A stretch of 64,000 bases of DNA from positions 262,455 through 326,454 of the forward strand of contig CAVWEG010000004.1 in NCBI GenBank assembly GCA_963754015.1. Reading direction: 5' to 3'. The first letter of the stretch is position 1; each line of letters begins with the position of its first letter. A program made the translations under genes and the position numbers. This stretch comes from Candidatus Dormiibacterota bacterium. GTDB taxonomy: Bacteria > Chloroflexota > Dormibacteria > Aeolococcales > Aeolococcaceae. Below, in pieces: positions 8,192-17,759 of this stretch. The notes beneath the pieces were generated by a model. It saw nothing but the letters and a program-made list of their open reading frames with translations, made no database searches and had not been told where the DNA came from.

Positions 8192-8557
8192 ATGGACCTA
8201 CCTGCCGGTCTGGGCCCAATGCTGCGCCAGCTTCGGCGCTCCAAAGGAGCCACGGTCAAGGAGCTTGCCCAAACCGCAGACGTCTCGCCCTCCTATCTCT
8301 TCCGCCTCGAGCGCGGCGAGGCACCGAACCCCTCGATCGCATTGCTGCGACGATTGGCCGCCGCTCTTGAAGTTCAGGTGGAGACGCTAACCGAGGCCGG
8401 ACGCGCCCCTGCGCCAAGCGGCGATGCGGCGCTTGCCAATGAGATCGCCGCCGGAGTCCGTACTCTCAGTCACGACGATCTCGAACTCATCCGAGAAGTG
8501 GTACGCCTTCTCCTCCGAAGGTCTCGACGCCAGCGCTTGCCGACGACGCCAGAGTGA
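8192..8557 (+). CDS. XRE-family helix-turn-helix transcriptional regulator
   Basis: LRQLRRSKGATVKELAQTADVSPSYLFRLERGEAPNPSIALLRRLAAALEV is a canonical HTH_3 motif; divergent from the 8093 operon. Confidence 0.8.
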   Translation: MDLPAGLGPMLRQLRRSKGATVKELAQTADVSPSYLFRLERGEAPNPSIALLRRLAAALEVQVETLTEAGRAPAPSGDAALANEIAAGVRTLSHDDLELIREVVRLLLRRSRRQRLPTTPE

Positions 8558-8561
8558 GGGT

Positions 8562-8631
<70 letters not shown>

Positions 8632-8696
8632 AATTCCCTTCGTGGGTAAGGCTTTGTACGGGTGGGGAGGTTGGGAGTCGCGGGGGCCGGCGTGGA

Positions 8697-8730
8697 GTTG
8701 ACAGCAGTGTTTGACAGCAGTTTTGACCGA
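8697..8730 (+). repeat. Short tandem direct repeats TTGACAGCAGT x2 plus partial third (TTGACCGA)
   Basis: GTTGACAGCAGT GTTTGACAGCAGT TTTGACCGA, 66 bp downstream of the tRNA-like CCA end. Confidence 0.7.
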
Positions 8731-9100
8731 GGGAGCGCGGCGATTGGGGGGTTCAGGGTGGCTGAGGGTGCCCGTCTGATGGTGCCTGGGTGGGCAGATG
8801 GAAGCGTGGGGCTCTGCGAACGGGAGGGATTGAGCGCCTCTGGGAAATGTGGGGAGTGTCCGCACCATCAAGCTGAGGTCGCTCAACGTGTGCAATACCG
8901 AGGCACACTACTCGTCTCCAGGTCACTGCTCCCGCCGTTGAACCCCCAGTGGATCCTGGCTGATAAACGGGCCATCAGACGGTCGCTCTGCTGCCTAACG
9001 AACTCGAATGAATTCGCACTTCTCGTCCGATTCGTCGTCGCGTTGCCATACGGGCTATCCCCCTCCGTCGCGCGGAGCAGTCATCGACCGGTTCATGCGT

Positions 9101-9116
9101 GTTGATTGTCGACAGT
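9101..9116. promoter_or_regulatory. 16-bp palindromic motif, site 2 (GTTGATTGTCGACAGT)
   Basis: 14/16 match to GTCGATTGTTGACAGT; about 265 bp upstream of secreted-protein gene 9379..9873. Confidence 0.45.
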
Positions 9117-9378
9117 TATCGAGATGCCGTCACCGGCAGCCGTCTAGCATGTAGATTCGCCCTTTGAGTGCTGCGCGCATTGCACGGCTCTCCGCCAGGT
9201 CACCGGTACTGCAACGTGCACATAACCATGTGAACTCCTCAACCATGTCGCCACTCTTGACGGGCGTATCGAACCTTTGCTAGTCTCCGCTGGAAAGCGG
9301 ACCATTCCGGGGAGCTGCACCGCCGTGATGTGTGCCGGCACGCTGGGTGGTCGTCGACGGAAGTGGAGGATGCACCAT

Positions 9379-9873
9379 ATGGGCGGGACGAAGTCACGAA
9401 GTGGCTCTGGCGTTGCCATGACAGACGTCACCGCTCGCAGACGGCGCCAACGTCCGTCACGGAGAGTCGCGTTCGTTGTCCTCCTCGCTTGCCTGAGCGC
9501 CTCCACTGCCGTTGCCCTCACGCGTCCCCTCGACGCCGGCGCAGTGGGATGCAACGGCTACTCGAAGTATGCCTACGGCCCGGAAAACGCCTATGCATCC
9601 CTGCTCGGAGTGCCGGGTGCTTGCGGCACCGAAGCCTGGTGGGGCAACGCCTCAAACCGCGCGGGCGGCCTCTTTTATAGTATCGACATCACCCTCAAGG
9701 CGTGGGTGTGCGGCCCGCTCGTGTACAACCAGTCACGCAGCGGCAACAACCAACAGCAAGAGACGTTAAACACTCCGACGTATACCTACGGCAGCTGCGG
9801 ACCGCAGTCCCAGAACTCTGGTGAAATCATCACGAACGATGGCACCCATTGGGATTTCGGGCTGAATTTCTGA
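9379..9873 (+). CDS. Secreted cysteine-containing protein
   Basis: GGAGGA 7 nt before the ATG at 9379. Arg-rich n-region then hydrophobic core VAFVVLLACLSASTAVALT. Mature part has paired Cys (GCNGYSKY, GACGTEAWWG, WVCGP, GSCGP). ATG 9418 is an alternative start. Confidence 0.7.
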   Translation: MGGTKSRSGSGVAMTDVTARRRRQRPSRRVAFVVLLACLSASTAVALTRPLDAGAVGCNGYSKYAYGPENAYASLLGVPGACGTEAWWGNASNRAGGLFYSIDITLKAWVCGPLVYNQSRSGNNQQQETLNTPTYTYGSCGPQSQNSGEIITNDGTHWDFGLNF

Positions 9874-9919
9874 TCATGAGACCCAGATCAAGCCACCCCG
9901 GAAGAGGAGCACAGCCACT

Positions 9920-10441
9920 ATGAGCAGCATGCGACGACACATCCCAGGCGTGGTGCAACTGCCAGCCATCGGCGTCGTCCTTGTCGCAATCGTGCTCGGC
10001 ATCGTACTTGGCCTCCGGCACTCACCGGCGGGCGTGCATCGTTCCTCGCTCATGAACTTCGCCATCACGACGCAGGCAGAAACAGGTTCGTCACCGACAT
10101 TGAGCACCGCGCAAGCCGACGCGGCTGGGCGCCAGCTACTGGCCGACGACCCCAACAACCCCTTCACTAATTACGTGCTCGCCAGTGCAGCCTTCGAACC
10201 TGGGCTGACGCAAGTCGCCGATCCAAGCGGGGTCCTCTGGTTTCAAGCCAACCCGCCAGAGAATGACTACGTTCTCGTCTATACCGCGCCGGCTCAAGGA
10301 GGCTACAAGTACATCGCATCCATGATCGTGGTCGACGCCGACACGGGCAAGGAGAGCGAGTACCAGCTGCGCTACTCGAACACCCAGAGTGCCGTGCTCC
10401 CGGCGCCGCCATCCACGCCGTGCGCCGCCTGCGCTAACTAG
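9920..10441 (+). CDS. Membrane-anchored hypothetical protein (single N-terminal TM)
   Basis: GGAAGAGGAG upstream of the ATG; TM segment VVQLPAIGVVLVAIVLGIVLGL; co-directional 46 nt after the secreted-protein gene. Confidence 0.65.
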   Translation: MSSMRRHIPGVVQLPAIGVVLVAIVLGIVLGLRHSPAGVHRSSLMNFAITTQAETGSSPTLSTAQADAAGRQLLADDPNNPFTNYVLASAAFEPGLTQVADPSGVLWFQANPPENDYVLVYTAPAQGGYKYIASMIVVDADTGKESEYQLRYSNTQSAVLPAPPSTPCAACAN

Positions 10442-10817
10442 CGGCCTCCGTCGTCGCGCGCCGGACTGAGGTTGAGCTTCGCAGCGTTGCCTTTCGGTTA
10501 GCTCGTTCTCACACGCGCATCTTCAGGGATTCGTCGGACGCATACATCCCCATCGTCGAAGAGGCCGATTGGCACGGCCGAAGTTGTATCCGTGCCTCAA
10601 TCGCACCGCGGTTCGTGACAAGAAGGATATCGCCACTAGCGACCCTGCCGGCAGCCTTCCACCCCAACTCTATCGGCTCCTCCGCTGGGGCCACGCTTCC
10701 TCTCTCGAACGAGAGCGTGTCCGCCTCGCGGTCTGCGCGTTGAGACGCGTTCGAGCAAAGGATACCGCCCTCGTTTGCCCTGCTCACGCAGCGATTGGCG
10801 CTGGTGCGTGCCCGGGC

Positions 10818-11141
10818 CTATGGAGTCGAGAGCGCCACACCGCTCATGCACGTCGCGTGTGCTGTTTGGAAGACGGTCGACCGAAGGTTGACCGAACTCG
10901 CGTAGGTGAACGTAATTCCACCGCCTGCAAACGACGGATCGTTGGCGGGCACTCCATGCGCGCGCATGCACTCTGCATACACCAGTGCTTGAGATCGGTC
11001 CCTCTGGCTGACGGTCGCGACTGCATGTTGTGTCCCGCTAGTACCACACGCGCTCAACAGGCCGGCAACGCCGGTCACGGCGAGCCATTGACGCCCGCCG
11101 CGACTGGCGCTCACGCGCCGATATGCCGACAGTTGTGTCAC
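10818..11141 (-). CDS. Putative lipoprotein
   Basis: Lipobox-like VAGLLSAC-G after a basic N-terminus; the YAECMRAHGVP motif is common in small actinobacterial-type lipoproteins. Confidence 0.6.
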   Translation of the reverse strand: MTQLSAYRRVSASRGGRQWLAVTGVAGLLSACGTSGTQHAVATVSQRDRSQALVYAECMRAHGVPANDPSFAGGGITFTYASSVNLRSTVFQTAHATCMSGVALSTP

Positions 11142-11179
11142 CCGTGAGGTGACCCTAACCGCTTCACGTCACGCCCGGC

Positions 11180-11569
11180 TCAGTTTTCCCCGGGGACCGC
11201 TACCCAGAACCAGTTGTTGTTGTCTTGATAGACCGGAACGTTGTACCAGTTCCTGCCTGCATATCCGACGCCTGGCGGATAACTCCAGTACCCTTGCACC
11301 TGAATTGATCCTTTCCACCAGTGCCCGGTGTCATACACCGGGAAGTCCGGGACGCAATCATTCTCTGGGAGCGCCGCTGGGACCTCAACCCAACGCTCCG
11401 TGTTGACCCCGTTTTGGTTATCACCGATGGTCAGCGCCCAGTTCGCGGTGCACGACGGAATATACACAAGCTCCTGCCCATTGCTCCCCGCCAGCGCCAC
11501 GCTCCCCAGCCCTAGCAGGAGGGAGAGCGCGACACCGGCGCCGCACAGCTGTTTGAATCCACGCCTCAT
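11180..11569 (-). CDS. Secreted cysteine-containing protein, Trp/Tyr-rich
   Basis: Signal peptide MRRGFKQLCGAGVALSLLLGLGSVALAG; two Cys (IPSCTANW, ENDCVPDF). Confidence 0.7.
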   Translation of the reverse strand: MRRGFKQLCGAGVALSLLLGLGSVALAGSNGQELVYIPSCTANWALTIGDNQNGVNTERWVEVPAALPENDCVPDFPVYDTGHWWKGSIQVQGYWSYPPGVGYAGRNWYNVPVYQDNNNWFWVAVPGEN

Positions 11570-12079
11570 GTTCGTCGCCTCCTGTCGCGGTCGATTCGGA
11601 ACGATGACAACACCCAGACAGCAAAAGGAATATCAACCCAGATTGCCGACGCTCGCAGAAGCTCGAGGACGGGCATGTGCATGAGAAACGGCTCGACCAC
11701 GATCCAGATCAGCACGGCGCCGGTAAGGGTCATCAGCATCCCCCCAGTCGCCGAGAACGGCTTGCAGCTCATGCCAGGTCCGTGAACGCTGGCGTCGCTT
11801 CCGTTGCGCGCGAAGGAATTGCATCCCAGAGCGCAACGGATGGCTTCCGCCAATGAGCATCACAGTCGATGACCGCGACGCCGCCGAGAGCGCCTCTCAG
11901 ACTCCTGCTCATCCAGTTGCTCCTACTGCGGATGGGCCTGAAAACCCCTGACAGTCGGGCCCGAGGGTGAATGAAACGCCGTCGCGTCAAACACTGTCGT
12001 CTGCAGCGAGAGATCAGGAACCATCAAACGGAGTGTGCGGATCGCGCGATGCCGGGCACATCCCTCCGGGAGGGAGTTC

Positions 12080-12742
12080 TCATGCCGTATCGGAGTTTTG
12101 ACCCTCCGAAGGGGTTTGCAGTACATATGAAAGCTCCCATCGAGAGTGTAGGTTCAGCTTCCGCAAGATGACTTTCATATGGCTCTTCACAGTGTTCGTG
12201 CTAAGGCCAAGAGCGGCTGCAATCGCACCGTCCCGCACCCCTTGCGCCGCACAGAGCGCAACCCTGCACTCCTGCTTTGTCAAGTTCGTGAGAGGCATCG
12301 CTTGGGGGGTCCAAACAACTGCGACGGCGCCCGATATCACAGCTTTTGCCGCTCGCGCCGTCGCCTCACAGTCGCGCTCTATCCCTCCTAGGGCGACTCT
12401 GAGGCGCGCGACCGTCCCTTGAAGTCGCTGCAAATGGCGCTCAAGCTCCAGCAGATCCACGCTCAGCTCACTCGGCGGTTGTGTCACGCTCAATGAGCCG
12501 TCGTGGTTGTTGGCACGGTCCCGCAACGCCGCCGTGCCAAACAAATCAACGCGACGGGCATTGTTGCCAGGAGTTGAGGGATCGCTTGTGCGAACCAGGC
12601 CGCGCTCGATGGGTGTTGCGGCTTGACGCTGGTTCCCTTCCATGCGCGACTCCTCCCTGACGGCCTCCGCATTCAGGTCGGAGAGTGGCTCTCTGTCACA
12701 CAGTCGTGGGGTCGCTTTTAGGCTGAGAGTACCCTCCGCCAA
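12080..12742 (-). CDS. LuxR/GerE-family transcriptional regulator
   Basis: C-terminal LTKQECRVALCAAQGVRDGAIAAALGLSTNTVKSHMKVILRKLNLHSRWEL is a canonical GerE HTH. Confidence 0.8.
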   Translation of the reverse strand: MAEGTLSLKATPRLCDREPLSDLNAEAVREESRMEGNQRQAATPIERGLVRTSDPSTPGNNARRVDLFGTAALRDRANNHDGSLSVTQPPSELSVDLLELERHLQRLQGTVARLRVALGGIERDCEATARAAKAVISGAVAVVWTPQAMPLTNLTKQECRVALCAAQGVRDGAIAAALGLSTNTVKSHMKVILRKLNLHSRWELSYVLQTPSEGQNSDTA

Positions 12743-12895
12743 CTGCGCACGACTTTAGCGCCCACGGCGTGATTCTGCTGACCTTCGCCCACCCGTTCGT
12801 CTGCACACGATGTCCGAGCCATCACCCGCGGTCACTCACCTGCGCCGCGCCCCGTATCACGATCCGAACTATTCCACGCTGGCGCCCGCTTTCGG

Positions 12896-13213
12896 TCATG
12901 CGAAGCGATCAGCCTCGAGATGTGCAAGAAATGCATCCGCGAGCGCATGGAGTTCCATCGATGCGCTCTCATCGTCGACCACGGCAGTTGCCAGCCGGTG
13001 CGCGCGCTCGACGAGCTCGCCCAAAACGTCTGGATCTTCGGTCGTCCAACCACGCGAGGCGATCAACCGGAGGACCTTGCCAAACTGCCCTTTTGTGCTG
13101 CTCACACCAATAATTCTGAACGATTCGAATTGATAAGTCGAGCCCGCCATACCGAACGCAACGTTAGGAGAACTGGGGCTAACGGGCACCCGTCGACTGT
13201 CGAATGTTGACAA
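12896..13213 (-). CDS. Hypothetical protein (start uncertain, maybe 13150)
   Basis: Plausible helical C-terminal half (WTTEDPDVLGELVERAHRLATAVVDDESASMELHALADAFLAHLE); no family recognised. Confidence 0.4.
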   Translation of the reverse strand: MSTFDSRRVPVSPSSPNVAFGMAGSTYQFESFRIIGVSSTKGQFGKVLRLIASRGWTTEDPDVLGELVERAHRLATAVVDDESASMELHALADAFLAHLEADRFA

Positions 13214-13214
13214 T
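13199..13214. promoter_or_regulatory. 16-bp palindromic motif, site 3 (GTCGAATGTTGACAAT)
   Basis: 14/16 match to the consensus; 86 bp upstream of the ATG of secreted-protein gene 13300..13887. Confidence 0.5.
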
Positions 13215-13299
13215 CAGGGAGTTGGCTCGTGTTCCGCATATCGTCGATCTGTGGAGTACTCTGTCGCCCTTGAGAAACATCGGGTCAGGAGGAACCTCA

Positions 13300-13887
13300 A
13301 TGGCGCGTAGCCGCACACAGCGTATAGCCTTTGCGGCCCTGGCAGCAGCCGTGAGCATCACTGGCTTCGCGGTCGGCACCGCGCCCAACATCGCCCATGC
13401 GGCCTCCTGCACGGAACAGAGTGGAGAGGTTTATGACTTCAATCACATTGCGTATGGCAGCGGCTATCTGCAGCTCGATCTCAGCTGGGCCTTGACCACT
13501 AATAACTACTGCTCGCATCCGATCGACACCATGGAAGTCATCAACAATTTCACGTCGAGTGTCAAGGACCTCTTCGACGCGAGCCACTCCGTGCTCTTCG
13601 ATGAACTGGTCGATGACAATAGCGGCGCCGTCTATGAAACGGATGGGAGACCAACCATGTATAACCCCAGCGATCCGTACTCTGGATACCTTGAGGGCTA
13701 CGTGCTCAATTGGCCAACCTGTCAAGGTGGGGCGCCTTGTACCGCGACAGCTTACAACTCGTTCGTAAGCAGCCCATGTGCCAACAGTCTGATTGACAGC
13801 TACGAGGATCAACAGAGCTTTGTGATTGGTCCCGCGAGCTGTAGGAATCCTGTTGCCGGCGAAGGCGCACTCAGCGTCTCGAGTTAA
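13300..13887 (+). CDS. Secreted cysteine-containing protein
   Basis: AGGAGG 8 nt upstream of ATG 13300; signal peptide MARSRTQRIAFAALAAAVSITGFAVGTAPNIAHA/AS, then a Cys at mature position 3; further Cys pairs. The ORF-track start at 13204 is rejected. Confidence 0.75.
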   Translation: MARSRTQRIAFAALAAAVSITGFAVGTAPNIAHAASCTEQSGEVYDFNHIAYGSGYLQLDLSWALTTNNYCSHPIDTMEVINNFTSSVKDLFDASHSVLFDELVDDNSGAVYETDGRPTMYNPSDPYSGYLEGYVLNWPTCQGGAPCTATAYNSFVSSPCANSLIDSYEDQQSFVIGPASCRNPVAGEGALSVSS

Positions 13888-14305
13888 CGATCCCCTGGCC
13901 GTCAGGGCACACGTCCCCGCCCTGAACCCGCGTTGAGCCGATCGCTGTTGCATCCCGCGCGTCCATCGGCGGTGCCGCGGGCCAGCATGCCACCCCGCCC
14001 AAGCTCGCGAGGATTCTGACAACGATTGGATGTGGAGCCAGTCGAGGCGCAGCAATGCGCTCCAAATCACGATCAGGTGCCACGATCGTTCGCGCCCAAG
14101 AGCGAGCGTCGTATCGAGTCTCATTGGAACGCGAGGACTGACTGAAACGTCAACACACGACCCTACCCCGATATCCGACTGACGATGATGGGGCCGCAGT
14201 GGCGGGACGGCCATTCCGAGATGAGAACTCATCCGAACTCACCCTTTCCCCTTTTCGGCCCTCATTTGAGGTAACATAAGAGGAAACCTACAAACGAGGA
14301 TAACT

Positions 14306-14983
14306 GTGACTGAACAGGCCCACACGTTCGCGGATCCTCTGGATGTCGCGCCTCGCCTAGCCGCCCTCGGCCTGACGGAGGGAGTGCTCAGGGATGCCCT
14401 TGCGAGCGGGGTCCAGCAGGCATCCTCATGCACGCGGCACGATCCTCCCACGATGGCCGGCACCCTCATCTGGGGGAAGTCGATCCGGTATCTACGGGAT
14501 GCCCTAGTAGTTGAAGGCTGGCGAGCCAGCAACACGCGTAACTACCCGACGACGGTACATCCCGACTGCAATTGGCAGATTGCGGTCTCCAGTGGCGACG
14601 AGAACACAGGAGTCCTTCATCCTGTCCATCCGCCTCGTACCAAGAATCCAAAGGGTCCGGCAACGAAGGACGCCGCGGAGCGCAATACCCAGCAGATGGT
14701 CATGTTTCCGGAGTTAGATCCTCCGCAGGACACCGTAGAGGAGATCATCCCGGCTCAGACTTGGTTGCTTGTTTACCATCCGGATCGGAGTCGCAAGATA
14801 ATTCGGTGTGAGTTGTCGCTCCCGAAGTCGGTAGGAGACGACGGGCGAATCGATGATTGGTTGGATCGGTTGATCTTGCATCCAATCTCACTTGATCACG
14901 GTGATGATCAGGAGGAGATCTTCACTGATCCGAGTGACGACTTAGGTGATGAGGAAATCGATATTCGCATCGATCGTCGCTAG
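14306..14983 (+). CDS. Hypothetical protein with acidic C-terminal tail (225 aa)
   Basis: GTG start; ends 11 nt before the XRE-ImmA gene, so probably one operon; no family recognised. Confidence 0.6.
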   Translation: MTEQAHTFADPLDVAPRLAALGLTEGVLRDALASGVQQASSCTRHDPPTMAGTLIWGKSIRYLRDALVVEGWRASNTRNYPTTVHPDCNWQIAVSSGDENTGVLHPVHPPRTKNPKGPATKDAAERNTQQMVMFPELDPPQDTVEEIIPAQTWLLVYHPDRSRKIIRCELSLPKSVGDDGRIDDWLDRLILHPISLDHGDDQEEIFTDPSDDLGDEEIDIRIDRR

Positions 14984-14994
14984 CCGTATCCGCA

Positions 14995-16167
14995 ATGTCA
15001 CCTGAGTTCAAACCATCGCGTCTCGTCTTAGCTCGTGAGAGACGGGGTATGACCAAGGCCACCCTAGCGGCAAGCGCTGGCGTCACCATTCGAAGCATCA
15101 CGAACTACGAAGGTGGCTATCATTACCCGGCCGCGACAACTCTTCATCGGCTAGCCTCTGCACTGGATTTCCCTCCAGGTTTCTTCCTAGGCCCAGACCT
15201 GCAGCCGGCTCCCATCGAGGCCGCGAGCTTCCGTGCCCTCAAGAACCTCACCGCACGGCGACGGGATCAAGCGAAGGCTTCTGCCACATTCGCACTCGCT
15301 CTCAGCAGGTGGATCGACAAGCGATTTAAGCTGCCGCCACCAAGCATTCCTCGTCTCAGTTATCTCGCTTCCCCGGAGATCGGCGCCGAGGTCGTCCGAC
15401 GCGATTGGGGAATCGGCGAGAGGCCCATCACCAACGTGATCCATCTTTTGGAATCCCATGGCGTTCGAGTGTTCTCGCTTGTTGAGGAGTGCGCGGAACT
15501 GAATGCGTTCTCTCTGTGGATTGAGGACGTCCCGTATATCTTCCTCAACACCATGAAGTCGGCTGAGAACAGCCGCATGGATGCCGCGCACGAACTCGGG
15601 CATCTAGTCATGCACTGGGAGCACGGATCATCGATTGGACGGGACAAGGAACGCGATGCCCAAGCATTCGGCGCAGCGTTCCTGATGCCGCGCGGCAGTA
15701 TTCTAGCGAATGCGCCTAGGACAGGGCACCTGACAGAGATCAATCGTGCGAAGCTCATTTGGAAGGTATCGTTGGCGAGTTTAGTCTTCCGTCTTCACGC
15801 ACTGGGCTTGTTGTCCGATTGGCAATATCGCAGTGCGTTCATCGAACTGTCGAGCCTCGGCTATCGTCGGGCAGAGGCCGACGGGATTCCGCGAGAAACT
15901 TCGCAGGTGCTCACCAAAGTATTCGATGCCCTGCGATCTGAAAACGTGTCGAAGTCAGACTTGGCGGAAGAGCTGGCAATTCCGGTCGAGGAACTCAATC
16001 GTGTCGTCTTTGGACTGTCACTAACCACGCTTCGAGGAACTGAATACGCTACCGGTGCATCGCGGTCGTCGCCGCCACTTCGCGTAGTGAATTCGTCAAA
16101 GGGCGCTGCTGATATTCGCGATCCATCGGTAGTTCCAACAGACCTTGCATCCCACCCATCGGCCTGA
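14995..16167 (+). CDS. XRE HTH fused to ImmA/IrrE-family (DUF955) zinc metallopeptidase
   Basis: N-terminal RERRGMTKATLAASAGVTIRSITNYEGGYHYPAATTLHRLASAL (HTH_3); central AAHELGHLVMH HEXXH motif followed by AQAFGAAFLMP. Confidence 0.85.
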   Translation: MSPEFKPSRLVLARERRGMTKATLAASAGVTIRSITNYEGGYHYPAATTLHRLASALDFPPGFFLGPDLQPAPIEAASFRALKNLTARRRDQAKASATFALALSRWIDKRFKLPPPSIPRLSYLASPEIGAEVVRRDWGIGERPITNVIHLLESHGVRVFSLVEECAELNAFSLWIEDVPYIFLNTMKSAENSRMDAAHELGHLVMHWEHGSSIGRDKERDAQAFGAAFLMPRGSILANAPRTGHLTEINRAKLIWKVSLASLVFRLHALGLLSDWQYRSAFIELSSLGYRRAEADGIPRETSQVLTKVFDALRSENVSKSDLAEELAIPVEELNRVVFGLSLTTLRGTEYATGASRSSPPLRVVNSSKGAADIRDPSVVPTDLASHPSA

Positions 16168-16348
16168 TCTACTCCGGCGGAAGTGACGCACTGGGGAACA
16201 TCCTCGACGGACAAGTCGTTAGCGCGAACTTGTACGAATACGAATGTACACCTTTGAGTGTTGCTCGGCCACGGAGGTTATGAACGTCACATAGGATGTA
16301 GGGTGGGGGTAGACTGGCCGTTGTACACGAAGGGGCAGGAACTGGAAC

Positions 16349-17458
16349 GTGGTCAGCGAAGAAACGTCAAGGGAAGTGGCTGCCCCTAGACAGAACAGCT
16401 CGACCGAGAAACCGCCAATGCCTCCCGCCGAGGTCCAACTCCTCAAGAAGGCCAGAGAGTCCGCCCTGCAAGCAGTCCGGGTCTATAACGACCCCGTAGG
16501 CGGATTTCGCACAGAGACGTTCATCGTCTTGATGGTCATCGCCTGGAACGCCATATTCCAGGCGATGCTCGAACGGGACCACATCGACTGCTACGAGCAC
16601 GATGCCCTAGGCCACGAGATCCTGATCGAGGGCCGGCCTAAGGTCTGCGATACCTGGGCGCTTGCCGGCCTCGCCATTCCCCAACATGAGACGCGAGCCG
16701 TGCGGGCGAACCTGGACTTTTTCTTACGCCTTCGCCACCGCATCTCGCACCGCTACCTGCCTGCGCTTGACCTCCACGTGACCAGTGAGGCGCAGGCGAT
16801 GCTCCTCAACTTCGAGAACTTGCTATCCAAGGAGTTCGGAGAAGAAGCAGCCCTGGGCGATCAACTCGCGGTACCCCTTCAGCTGTCGGGATTTCGTGAC
16901 GCGAGCCGGATGCGCTCGCTTCGGGTCGCACAAGCACAGCTCCCGGTGGACGTACAGGAGTTCTTGCGCCGCCACCGCTTGGAAGTCGACGATGACGTTC
17001 TGCGTTTCTCGGAATATGCGCTCCCCATCTTCTTTGTACCGGTTGCCGCCAATCGGGAGCGCTCGGCAGACGCGATCGTCCGCTTCGTTCGTCCAGCTGA
17101 TGTGTCCCCAGAACTCGAAGCTGCCCTCGAGCAACTCGCCGTCGTGGCCAAGCCCAAGAAGGTGCCGGTCGCGTCGAACGACCTTCTCCGAGCCAAAGAG
17201 GTCATCAAACTCGTGAGCGACAGTGCCTCCTTTCGGTTCACGTCGGACCTCCACCAGAAAGCCTGGAAGTTTTTTCATGTCCGCCCATCGCCCGGAGCGC
17301 CAGACCCGGCCATGACAGACGAGCGCTACTGCCGATGGGACAGGCTGCTGGGCGGGTACGGGTATACGTCTGCCTGGGTGGACAAACTGACCAATGATTT
17401 GGGCGACCCCGACGTCTACCGGACGGTGGCGGACTACAAGTCACCGCAGCGGGACTGA
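16349..17458 (+). CDS. DUF3644-like domain protein (Abi-like context)
   Basis: ARESALQAVRVYNDPVGGFRTETFIVLMVIAWNAIFQAML matches the remembered DUF3644 N-terminal signature (AIE-YN-P...AWE-LLKA). Confidence 0.6.
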   Translation: MVSEETSREVAAPRQNSSTEKPPMPPAEVQLLKKARESALQAVRVYNDPVGGFRTETFIVLMVIAWNAIFQAMLERDHIDCYEHDALGHEILIEGRPKVCDTWALAGLAIPQHETRAVRANLDFFLRLRHRISHRYLPALDLHVTSEAQAMLLNFENLLSKEFGEEAALGDQLAVPLQLSGFRDASRMRSLRVAQAQLPVDVQEFLRRHRLEVDDDVLRFSEYALPIFFVPVAANRERSADAIVRFVRPADVSPELEAALEQLAVVAKPKKVPVASNDLLRAKEVIKLVSDSASFRFTSDLHQKAWKFFHVRPSPGAPDPAMTDERYCRWDRLLGGYGYTSAWVDKLTNDLGDPDVYRTVADYKSPQRD

Positions 17459-17759
17459 CTTCCGACGAGAGTGGAAGAAGCGCGTATTGGCCCCCGCAAG
17501 CACACAACTTCGCATCAGTTGCGTCACCCTCAGCGCCGGTGCGAACATATGTGCCCGGGAAGGGGAATCGCCACGGATGTACCCGTCGCCTTATAGCCCT
17601 TCCGGGGGCTTCATGGCCCAGCAGCGGGGCAGGATGCAATGGAAATCCAAGAAGCCGCCTTCAAATATGCGGCCCTTGACGGTTCGCAGCGGCTTAGTGC
17701 CCGACCGTGAAATGGGCTCGCCACTTTCTGATCGTCATCCGCATCCGAGGTCGTGTTCG

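Noticed and set aside
7233-8390. 385-aa plus-strand ORF (and 7603..8370, 7276..7896) across the minus-strand operon
   Set aside because: Arg/Pro/Ser-rich, low-complexity translations antisense to better-supported genes. These are typical GC-rich shadow ORFs.
13297-14232. 311-aa minus-strand ORF overlapping the secreted-protein gene 13300..13887
   Set aside because: It is antisense to a gene with an RBS, a signal peptide and sensible composition. Its own translation is Arg-rich and featureless.
17394-17759. The long N-terminal extension of the radical SAM ORF (443-aa version)
   Set aside because: The extension overlaps the end of the upstream DUF3644-like gene and has an arginine/serine-rich, non-coding-like composition. 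The radical SAM domain begins shortly after the internal ATGs at 17712 and 17760.
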